Assembly (NCBI RefSeq): GCF_001194135.2
Contig: NC_068983.1
Span: forward strand, 122,219,607-122,269,098
Source of the DNA: Octopus bimaculoides
Lineage: Eukaryota
Length of the DNA: 49,492 bases
Direction of reading: 5' to 3'
Shown piece after piece: positions 11,445 through 22,932 of this stretch. A program made the translations under genes and the position numbers. Each line of letters starts with the position of its first letter. Within the stretch, counting starts at the first letter, position 1. The notes beneath the pieces were generated by a model that was given only the letters and a program-made list of their open reading frames with translations, ran no database searches and was not told the DNA's origin.

Positions 11445-12403
11445 ATATATAAATTTAGTAAATGTATATATATAATTTAGTAAATGGAGTAAAACGCATA
11501 TGTTTAAAATTTTTTTATCCTTTGTTTTTGATAGTGACATATATAATGTCTGTGAGTGTTTTAAAATATGAATCTTGCCATTGGCTTTCCACATTGCAGT
11601 CAGGTCACAGTGTATTAACTGTGTTGTTGGTTTTACTGTACATAATTTATATCATTCAACTATGGTAGTAGTTGAATAATATTCTTAAGGCTGCAATTTA
11701 CTCACATGCAGCACCTTTCAGAGCTTGTTGCTAATTCAGTTCTTAACCAAATTGAAAACTGTTAACATTTTTGAAGAGGTTTGGCATAAAAAAATTGAGA
11801 TTTAATCTAGTAGAAAAAGTTTACATCAAAATTTGTAGTAACATTATACGAGAGTAAGTAACACCACCAATCAAGTTTAGATCTAAATAACTTTTTTTTT
11901 AAAAGCCAAATATATTTATCTTAGCTTCAATGATAGAAGAAAGCATGAAGAATTTCATAGTTTTGGTCCCATTCAACAAAAATTTGTATCAAAAAAGTTG
12001 TGAGGTAAAATATGAAAAAAAATATAAGTAAGGCAAAAAATTGGATTTAAGTGTAATTAACTTTTTTTATTTTAAAAACAAACTATATTTTAATTAAGCG
12101 TAAATGATAGAGCTCAATTTGAGGAACTTCATGGTATCAATCTCATGCAATGAAGTTTTAAAAGAAAAAAGTTATGAGTGCTTGTTTCTCAAATTTGAGG
12201 ATGATAATACAGTTCTATACTTTTTTATGAACATAATTCTATAAGGGGATTCTTAATGCGTCACCAGTGTCATTGAGGTAAGGAAAAAATTATCAACAAC
12301 ACCACTAATTGACACATTCGACACATTATTAATTAGCATAATAGCATAGCCTGGAAAAAATATGGATTACATGAGAAAATGCAAGCAAGAAAAATAATAT
12401 TAA

Positions 12404-13186
12404 GAAAATTACAGGACAAGTTATTACACTTGGAAAAGTTCAGGACAACTCATTACATCTAGTAAAGTACAGAAGAAGGAAATTTTTACTTAAAATATTG
12501 CAGCTAAGGATAAAATTTGAATATTAAAAATTATTTGATTTTAATTTATAAAATAACATTATAATTAAAAAAGGTACCATCATTTTGCTAAAATATTGAC
12601 GCACTAGAATACTTTAAAAATGAGAGCCAGAAGTACCAATACAACTAAAGTTTTATGCAAAGTAGAGTAGTATATATGGTAGGTAAATACATTATGTAAA
12701 AAATAGGCATTGGCTCAAGACTAAGAATGTGTAGACTTGGCAATAGCTTAAGCAAATTTTACTGTGAATTTGTTGTTATAGGTAGATTTTACTGTAATAT
12801 ATAACTAATTTTTGTATTCTATTTATTGTACTAACTAATTATATACTACTATTATTTTTTTATAGCTTATTTTCAAATTTCTAATTATTAATTAATAATT
12901 AAAAAAATGAATTTTTTTAAAGTGTAAAAAATATTTTGAGTTATTTATTTATTTTTAATAGAAGTAACAAATTTTATTACAAGTTATTACAATAACTTGT
13001 AATAAAATTTTTAGTTTTAATAAAAGCTAATTTTTTCTAAATCTAAATATTTTATTTGAAAATTTATCCTTAGCTGCAATATTTTAAGTAAAAAATTTTT
13101 CTTGTTCTGTACTTTTACCAGATGTTCTGTACTTTTACCCATTGTCCTGAACTTTTCCAAGTGTAATAACTTGTCCTGTAATTTTC
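12404..13186. repeat. Long inverted repeat (arms about 12404-12514 and 13063-13186) in the last Hippo intron; foldback/MITE-like
   Basis: 45-bp perfect core gaaaattacaggacaagttattacacttggaaaagttcaggacaa (12404-12448) versus 13142-13186, plus a second matching block tttttacttaaaatattgcagctaaggataaa. Confidence 0.88.
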
Positions 13187-13707
13187 CAGGTTTATAATCT
13201 TAAGAGTATTATATTTCTCTTGCTCATATTTTTCCATGCATATATAATGTTTCTTAGTATGACTATTTTGAAATTTTAGCTGTGTTTGTTGTGAAGAATA
13301 TTACTAATTTTAACTTTGATAGGATTAAAAGTTATAAAAATATGTAGATGTTAATATTTAAATTACTTTTGCTTCTATCAATACTATTAAGTTTATTAAT
13401 TTAAGACGAAAAATTGAGGAGGATATTCAAGTGTAAACAATTTTTAGAGGTCAATTGATTATGTTTATAAAATATTTGCTACAGTAAAAAACTATAAAGA
13501 ATGTGTATTTGATCTAATATTTAATCATACATAGTAACTTATTTATGTTTGTTTTTCTTAATTTCAAATATTGCTTTCCTTAATGTCAAAATCCCAATAA
13601 AATGTTTTGGAGTATTGCATCATTTCTCTAAAATATGGAATTAAATTTTTTGATACTGTGAAATTCCCAAAAGGATTGTTTCTAAAGCTGTTAAATCTAT
13701 TTTACAG

Positions 13708-13866
13708 TTGCGTACGCTCCCTTATGATGAATTGGAAAAGCGATTGCGGAATTTAGATCCTGAAATGGAACGTGAAATTGAAGAATTGCGTGCACGCTAT
13801 CAAGCTAAACGTCAGCCCATTCTTGAGGCAATTGATGCAAAGAAAAAACGGCAACAGAAGTTTTGA
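13708..13866 (+). CDS. STK3: Hippo/MST terminal exon, SARAH domain (159 nt): LRTLPYDELEKRLRNLDPEMEREIEELRARYQAKRQPILEAIDAKKKRQQKF*
   Basis: ttttacag acceptor, TGA at 13864-13866; canonical SARAH motif LDPEMEREIEE...RYQAKRQPIL.AI.AK. Absent from the ORF track. Confidence 0.97.
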   Translation: MRTLPYDELEKRLRNLDPEMEREIEELRARYQAKRQPILEAIDAKKKRQQKF

Positions 13867-14220
13867 ATTTAATTATTGCATATCACATTTAGTAGATGCC
13901 AACCAATGCCAACCAAATGTATTTTATTTGTCATTGGAAAACTCTCAATATAGACTTAATTGAAATTTTTCTGACATGCTCTGTTAAAATTATGACAGAA
14001 ACATACACTCATAGCATACATACATGAATGATATGTCAGCAATTATCTCTACGTATGCATACATGTCCTACATGGATTATGTTATTGAGGGCAGCCTTCT
14101 AAAAGCTACCTTGTATATACATTTATATATACACTCCATATACTCTGAGTACATGGTTAAAAGCTTGGTCCAGTTTTTAGCTGTGGGTATTACCAAATTC
14201 AATTAGTAACTCCCGCACCT

Positions 14221-14281
14221 TTTATTATTATTATTATTTTTATCATTATTATTATTATTATCATTATTATTAATATTATTA

Positions 14282-14324
<43 letters not shown>

Positions 14325-14327
14325 TAC

Positions 14328-14358
<31 letters not shown>

Positions 14359-14416
14359 TGTGTGTGTTTGTGTGCGTGCGTGCATGCATGTGTGTGTGTG
14401 TTTGCATGTGTGTGTA
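14221..14416. repeat. (ATT)n microsatellite followed by a (TG)n-like tract, probably in the Hippo 3' UTR
   Basis: Direct reading; starts about 355 nt after the stop codon. Confidence 0.95.
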
Positions 14417-17400
14417 TAATTGTTTGCTGTGAACTGGCTTTCAGAATGATTTTCAGGCTGCAATTTACACCTCAGCCATTTGTATTTCTAGAACATATGA
14501 GTTGGAGGGCTCTGATTTTTTTTTTTTACTTTTAATTTTTTTTTTAAAGTAGAAAAAACTAAATTACATTTCTAAAAATATTTAATAGTCTTGTTGTTTT
14601 TTGTTGGTACTTTTTGTGGGGAGGAGATTAATTAAACTGTGTATGTGTTGCATATTTCTATGTTCTAAAGAGAGGAGAAATCTAATCTTTATTTATGCTA
14701 TATGAAAACTTCAGAAAGACATCAAAGCAAAGAGTATACAAATCTCATAAAATCAATTTTCTTTTTCATTTGTTCTTTCTTTTCTTCAATTTTTTTCCTT
14801 CTCTGTCCTTCTGTTTCTTTTTTTTTTTCACCTCTCCTTTCTTTTTCCTTTCTTCTCTCTTCTTTCCTCTTTGCCAGTAGTTATGTTTTTATTTGTGAGT
14901 TTCTTTCTATTACTTTGTTACTAAGAAGGAATTTTCTGTTATATATTAGAAGTTGTTGAATTGCAAAAAGATTCCTGAAGAGGCGGTGCTTCAGTGTATG
15001 AGTGTTTTATTTTTTTAATTTTTTTTTTACTGTTCTATTAGAAAGACACCAAAATTTGCTGCTCTATTTACCAGCAGTAGGGTTAAAGTATATAATTCCA
15101 TGGGGAAACTGATATAACTGAAGCTTTATAATACAACATTTCTCTATTATAACAATTTCCAATACATTATATTTAATAATTCAGAATATAACTTTTCTAT
15201 AATATAAACAACTTGAAACAGTTTTCTTGTATTTCTTCCACAACAAAGTATTCCATAGTTTTTTAATTTTAAGAGTATGACTAAATAGTGAATCAGTTAT
15301 CTTCTCCATTTGTTATCTAGCTGTTAAATCTGTTGCTCTGATATACAATGTTGTGATACTTTTATGGTGAATTACATTGAGACTGATGCAGTCCAGAAGA
15401 CCCAGAAGTATAGAAAAAGCAATTGTTAAAATAAATATTTTTTTCAGTTTCCCCTTTCTCCATTTTCCCCTCTAGTATTTGATTTTTTTTTTTATCCTTG
15501 AATCTGTCAGCAATGAATCTTATTACAGCTGATCACCTAACTTACTAGTTGAGATTTTTTATTGTTGTTAATGCTGTTATTTTTTTTTTAATTCTAAATA
15601 TGGTTTGGTGTTAAATATGTCTTTTGTTTGTTTTGGCAGTGCCATCACCTTGCAGGCCCTAATCTGTCTGGCAAGTTCAGAGTAGTTGTTGTTCAGTTTG
15701 TTGATATTCTATTGGGAAAAAATAAACAGAGGCAGAGAATTCCTGGGGGTTACAATTCTGGAGACAAAGTACCTGGGCATGGAGGCACAGTAGAGATGAC
15801 AAAAGAAGTTGTATGAATGTCGGGCCAGCCACTAAATAGTTTAGAGGGATAAAAGGTTGTTATGGTGGCAGTAGAAGAGTCAGAATGAAGAAAAAGCTAG
15901 TCTGTAAACTAGTGCTTGAAATTATGTTAACAAGTTATTCTTTGTCAATCATGTGGTTCGGGATCCTTGACAGTATGGGTCATCTTACTTGTTCTTTGTA
16001 AACATTTCACAACTGAGCAGTGCTGAAAGTGGAGTACTAGTCTTTGTGATGCACTTTCAGCAACGTTAGATATGTGGAATTGATATGAGAGATAAGAAAT
16101 TATGAAATCTCGCACTTGAAATGAATTTAGTTGTGTGAGATACAAGACTTTCCTTGATATGTGTAGTGATTGTTGTGTTAACTCTTAAAGTCTCAAACCA
16201 CAGATATCTGCGGCTGTTGCCTATTTTTGAATTGCATGAAACCACTAGTATTGTTGTTTATAGAATTTTAAAAAACCCCAAAAGCTGGAACTAAGCACTT
16301 TTCTTTGCAAGAAACAAAGTTTAGCTTCATTTTAGAAGTAACTTTCTGCTAAAAGACTTCCTATTTGATTACGTGTTTATTTTTGTATTTTGTTAAATAA
16401 ATTTCTCCAGATTTTTTTCTTCTTTCAATTTTAAGGCTTAATGACAGTTAGTATCTCAAGCGGTGAGTTAGAATTCAGTAGTATTAGTTAATGATTTATT
16501 CATTTAGGATTATGTATTTATAAATGATTTAATTAGAAAACCAGTGCACAAGAATCAATATCTTGTATATATTTATGTGAAAACATATTTAATCAACTTC
16601 ACTTTGTTCATCCTACTTTGGCAAGTGAAAGGACCTGACAGTAGGGAAAAAACTCAATAATAACAAGTAAAAGCTATGTTCACCATGTACATCAACTCAC
16701 ATTTTATCTTATCAGTAAATATCATTCAAATTCCTGGAATAGTTGTATTTTTATGTTTTTTTTTTGTACTGGAATAACTGATTTTAACAAAATCCCTAGT
16801 TTTTAACAGGATTGAGAAATTTATTTAGAAGAAAGCACTAATGAAATATGTTCTCAAAATCCTTGTTTATGAAGTCATTAATGATAGTGTGAGCATATAA
16901 GTTGTATGTGGGAAGTTAACTCTTTTATTACAATAATTTCTAATATACATTCCCTTGGGTTTCAGTTAAATTCTAAAATAATCATGTGTTTAGACAGGTT
17001 TCATAGAACAGCTATAACTTTTATATTTACTAATGTATTAAAGTGGTGTTTTGAATGCAATCTAACAAAATATTTTTTCATGAATCTATTTTGAAATTTG
17101 TCTAAAAACTATTCTAATTAAAAACAAGTAAAACCTAAAACAAAGTTATTTAAATTTTGTTCAAACATCATGATATAAAATAGTTAGTAACCAATATTAT
17201 GTTGTATAGCATATAATATTATACAGTTTATTATGTAGCAGAAATGCCCTTATTTCATCCAATATGTTCTTTCTCCTTTCTTCACATTTTGTATAGTGGT
17301 TAGCCTCTGCCATTATTGTATAGAACAGTCAAATGAATAAAAGTAACTAGTCAAAGGGTTTTGAGTTATGAGGATGACTGATTGGGTCCTGTTTCGTGTA

Positions 17401-17586
17401 GAAATTTAGGAAAGAAATATCTTTCAAGTTTGCACTTCATTCTCTTTCTGGAAATTATTGCTTTCTGACATTGCTTATATACTTCAAAGTTCACTCTATG
17501 TTATGCTTCATTGATTAATTTATTTATTTGCTGCATTCAAAAATTATTCATATTTAAAGTTGCTGTGAATAATCTAATCTTTTAAC

Positions 17587-17920
17587 TTTTACCTGTTTCA
17601 GTCATTAGACTGCAGTCATGCTGAGGCACCACCTGAATTTTTTAGTCGAATGAATCGACCCCAGTACTTCTGCTAAGTTAACAGGACTGGTTGTCAGGCA
17701 GTGATGGTGGGGATAAACATAAACACAAAGACAAACACACACACATATATATGACGGGCAACTTTCAGTTTCTGTCTACCAAGTCCACTCACAAGGCTTT
17801 GGTCAGCCTGAGGCTAGGCTATAGTAGAAGCCACTTGCCTAAGGTGCCATGCAGTGGGACTGAACCAAGAACTATGTAGTTGGGAAGCAAGCTTCTTGCC
17901 ACACAGCCACTCCTGCGCCT
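17587..17920 (-). mobile_element. Octopus-type tRNA-derived SINE (family A), internally deleted
   Basis: Reverse complement of the head aggcgcaggagtggctgtgtgg...ggttcagtccc and tail gactgaaacaggtaaaa; homologous to the copies at 28808, 46130 and 48388. Confidence 0.85.
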
Positions 17921-18902
17921 ATATGCTTATATAATTTTATCAAATGGCAGGATTTTACAGAAAAAACAAAAATTGGGGAAATATTTTTGGAAAACTGAAA
18001 ATCATGTCAAAAAGCTGTCAGCTGATGTACTGCATTACTTATGTAATGAAATTATATTAGTAATGCAATAATAAGATTTATGTTGATATTTTGATTTAGA
18101 TCTGAATAGGTAAATGCAGATGATCTCAGAAGCTTTGGTTATTTTTCAGTGATGGAGCAATAGGTAGGGTAATGAAAAGATTAAAGAAGAATAAAGGATA
18201 GACACATTTAGGTAATTCCCGTAGTGAAGGAAACAAGGGAAATATAATGGAACCTGTCAGTGCATGCTGTAAATGGCATGATCTGAAGGCTCTAATCCCA
18301 AAGTTGAGGAATGTATAATCCCCACTCCCCTCCCAACACACACCATGCAAACAAAGATCAACCCACCTATGGTGAGTGACATACAATACCCAGTGTCTGA
18401 GAGATGTGTGGAAGCTATTCAGACAGTCACTGATGGAAAAACTCACAATAATTCTAGTTTGATAATTTCTTACCAAATAGTAAAAATAAAAATATTACTT
18501 TTTTTTATTTTCAAAATTTATTAGGTCTCAAGTCATTTATGGATCTATTTATAAAATGTGTTGGTAGAGATATTTGTAGCAGAACTGGTCTTTAAGAACT
18601 GTACCAGTTTTTTTTTTTTTTTGCTTTTTTAGTTGTCACAGATAATCACCAGTTTTCTAGGATTTCAGTTTTTTGTTTGTGGACTTATAGCAACCTTTTA
18701 ATGACATCAAATTCACATTTTTCTCTTTAAAACTTCCTGTTGGGATCTGAATTTCTATTTGAAGTCTGTTCATAAAAATATGATATGCCTGCTACTAGTG
18801 AATTAGCTAATACATACTCAACAGAAAATTTAGGTAGTTCTGTAGGTAGTTTTATATATATATATATAGGTAATATATGTAGGTAATTTAGGTAGTTTTA
18901 TG

Positions 18903-18943
<41 letters not shown>

Positions 18944-19161
18944 AATCTAAATTTTATTTTGTTGACTTTTTTAACAGTCAGCATTAGTGTGGATTGTGCA
19001 AGAGTTGTGCTAATGTAAGTTGTGTAAGAACTATGTCAGTGTGGGTTGTGCAAAAGTTGTGTTGGTGTAAGTTCAGATTATGTTGGTGCAGATTGTTTAT
19101 ATAAATTAAGAATTAGTGATGAAATTTAAATATAAAAGGTTGATATTTAAGAATGTTGTAG

Positions 19162-19196
<35 letters not shown>

Positions 19197-22100
19197 CTTG
19201 CTCTCACTTTCTTTCATCCTTTTAAAAACAATCTGCCTATGAAATGTTAATGGGTGTATGTGGACAAACAAGGTAAAAAGACAAAAAGTTGAGTACCACT
19301 CATGCATTATGCTATTAATTCTGTATTGTAGTCCAAATATAACATGCTAAATCTATAAAGCTGAAATAGTTTTAGTTTACATGTAAATTTGTTACAGTTT
19401 TGAAAACCATTTTCGGAATAGGGTAGACATGGTATTTACTTTTATTCTTTTTCTTTATTTGCTGTTTTGTGCAAACATGATCTCAAAGTCCATGCTCATC
19501 AATATATAATAGTTTTGGTATAGCATTACTAAATATTTATAATAAAAATTCATGAACTAAAAGAAGAATTTTCATCACTTAGATTTTTCCTCTCTTTTCA
19601 TGGAAAATACTAAAGAGAGTTTTTGCCTATTCTCTAAAAATTCTTTGAAGAGAAAAACGTAATTTGTTTCATGTCTTTGAAATGCATTCAAAAGCTACAC
19701 ATAATACTCCTGCAATGTGTGTTGTGTGTGTATGTATGTGTCTTTAAGTGTATAAGAATAGTATATCTATAAAGCAGAGTACGTGTGTTGTCAAAAAGAT
19801 GTTATTTCTTATCTTTCCAAATTTTATGATCTTCATTATTCTCAAGCATCTGGACTATTTAATCAGTACATATTTTGTCCAACACAGTGAGAAAATGTTA
19901 AACTTATGAAGGGAAGAAAAACTGCAATAATTATGAATTTTCCCTTTTAATATGACTGTTCATTTAAAAAAAAAATTGCTTGAAATAATTGCCTCCCTTA
20001 GCTACAAACTGTAACATGCATACATGCTTATAGTTTGATTTATTTCTTAAGAAAGAACACTGATACAAATAGAAACACCAAGCACAACATATATAGTGAT
20101 AAGGGACAAGCAAGAAGAGTATTAGTTATATGTTGACTTATATCTCATACAGTGCCTTGCATTAGATTAATGAGTGTTGTTAAAAATTTGCTGCATTTGT
20201 TCATGAAGAAATGCAACAATTTTTTTATACATAATAATCCTTTGTTGCCAATATTTAATCTTTTTTTTTCTTAACTTTCCAATATTTTTCTTCGTACAAG
20301 ATGGTGTAATAATAAAGCATTCTTTTTAATATTTTATTTCTTTATAGATTTCAAAAAATTTATTGCCAGTATGCTTTTCTTTAAAAAAAAAATGGGAAGA
20401 AAAGAAATGTAATAATGATGTTAATCTTCACATCTCTTTTGCTACATTTTCAGATTTTTTTTATTATCATACATTTATATTTTATACAAATAACAACATA
20501 CGTAGAGGGATACAATTATTCATATTTTTTTTCTTTTGTGCTACGTGACCGCCAGTCATTCACATCCTTTCCCACTGCCTTCCCTCCAACTCATTTGCCA
20601 TGAAGCACAACTCCATCTTTCTTCACCATTCATTACAGCCTCTCTCACCCTACCCCATCTTTAACCATCTCTCACTCCTGCAACCCACTATTCCCAATTT
20701 TCTATCTCTAATCTTCTAGGGAAGATAACCAGCTATAGAAACCATACTAAGGCAGACGTGAAACATGACAGTCCTCTGATTCATTTGATCTATTCAAACC
20801 ATCCAACCCATGCCAGCATAGATGACATATTAACTGATAAGTTATGTAGATCTATGTTTGTATGTTTATGTGATTTTTTTTTCCAGACTGGAATCTTTCG
20901 GATTGACTACTTGCTTAGTGACAGTGTTGTAAAAAATAGTTTCTGTGTTCTCTTCATCTTCATTTATGCAACCATTCACTGATGATATATTTTTAAAGAA
21001 AGTCTTGTAGATTTTTGTTGTCCTTGATAGCATTGTCATTTGTGGTGTATGAATTATGGAGCCAAATTCATTTCCAGGAATCCAAGATCAGTCATTCTTT
21101 GATCTTGTTGGGTTGGTGCATATACTTTTTCCCCAAATAATAATGAGTATAAATATGAAAGTATATTTTGGGCTATTGTATTTGCAAGATTCACATCAGT
21201 GTTTAATAACTGTCTCCTTTCTCCTTTATTCCACAACAAAGCATGTTTATATTTTTCATCTCAGACGTTAATGTGTAATTAGTTACGTTTTAATTTTGTT
21301 GCTTTTTAATTCTTAAGTTACAACAATAGTTTTTTGATCCATCAGTCTCAATATGTCTGACATTCTCTATTTTGGTGAACTTGTCTATTTTATGTATTTG
21401 TTATAATGTTCAGTAGGATTTTCCAACATTTTTAGAGAGATCTGTGTCAGCTTTTTATTTCATGTCCTTCCTCATGTTTATTAGCAATCTCTCTAATGAT
21501 GTTAAGATTTTCATGCTTGTAAACTCGAGTGAAATAGTTTCTTTTTCTCATTGTTGGAGATATTGCTTCAATGTTACTATCTATGTCAGAGATTGTAACA
21601 TAGAAGCAACATCTGTATGTTTGTTCACAGTAGAAATACTTAGAAAAGTCATTATCATGCATAAAGCAAAACCTACTATATGAATATTTAAAGGAGAAAT
21701 CCTGAGTATGTTATAAGTTTATGTGTAAATTTGCAAAATCTAATAGAATTTATTAATCATTGTCATTCTTAAACTGTTAGTGGACTTAACCCATATAGTT
21801 GTGTGTGCGTGTGATATGTGGATTAACCAGATGAAAACAAATATTCATATAAATTAGTCTTTAATATCTGTTTCTCTGCAATGCTTATTTTTATTCTTGG
21901 TCATCATTTTTGAGATTTCTCTTTACATCCTTTCCTAATGTTTTCTTTAAACTTCTTTTTTTTCATGGCAAACAATTTTGTTTTTACACAACAAGTATCA
22001 TTCTTGTTTGTCTATATCTTTTATTTCTGTTGAGAAAATGTTATTCTTTGTGTTTGTGGCCATAGAAATTGTAGAGTAGTTTTCCTCAGTCTCATCCCAA

Positions 22101-22599
22101 AGACAGTCTTTTTTTTTTTTGTCAGAGAAAATATTTCAGCTCTACTTGGTCTTTATAAAGTTGAATTAGAACCCACAATAGAATAATACTCCCAAATCCT
22201 AAATCTTTTCCAAAACAAAACCATCCAGATAATTAGCAAAGATTCAATCATCATTCTCTGGTCCTTACATGTAGTCTTCTCATATTGCCTTTTTTTATCA
22301 CTATGCAAGGGCCTCAGTTCTTCAGATCTTGTTAGTTGCAAACCATCTCCATGCAGGATCACCCAACTCAGCATTCTTCTAACCCACACATTGCACTAAC
22401 CACTTTTCCTAATCTTTCCTTCCCAGGATGTTAATCCTAAACTATGTGGGGTTCAAACTGAACCTTAATCTGACCAATCTTGGAGGACCTTAGAACATCA
22501 TGGACACTTCCATTTCTCCTAACTTTAGCCGTATCAACTTCTCACAGAGTAAAAAAAAATCCAAATGACTTTTAAATTTGAGTTTGTATAGATGAATTT

Positions 22600-22932
22600 T
22601 TGGCCAAGGTCAAAGCCATGCAGGAACACTAGGGCCAAGTCTATACTTGCTATTTCAGCTTACAATGTATGTTACACTCACAGAAGTAGAATTTTAAACT
22701 TTGCTACTGCTCATACAAATATCTTAGGCCATATCCAAAGAAAGACCACTACCATGTTTTACTTACCAACACACTAACGATGGCTCACAGATGTCCGGTC
22801 TCTTTCCTACTTTTACTTTAATATCCTCTATTCCTAAGAGCTGATTACTCTTGTACCACATCCAGTCAACCATTCACAACTTGCTTTTCTCTCTTATTAT
22901 TCATATAGTGGCCATGTCTCACACCCCATAAT
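22600..22932 (+). mobile_element. Old CR1/L2 LINE 3' ORF2 remnant, interrupted by the hAT element and resuming at 26509-26620
   Basis: Degenerate peptide HIQRK...RWLTDVRSLSYFYFNILYS*ELITLVPHP and, after the hAT, FLRTITFWNS...FPAATSLQL. These resemble the CR1/L2 C-terminal SLSLFYRY...SEL...VPP and FFPRT..LWNSLP motifs. Confidence 0.55.

Noticed and set aside
14203-14463. Poly-Asn ORF on the minus strand
   Set aside because: Translation of the (ATT)n and (TG)n microsatellites.
11689-14470. Shared 14-mer aggctgcaatttac near 11688 and 14455
   Set aside because: A match of this length is expected by chance in about 49 kb of AT-rich DNA.
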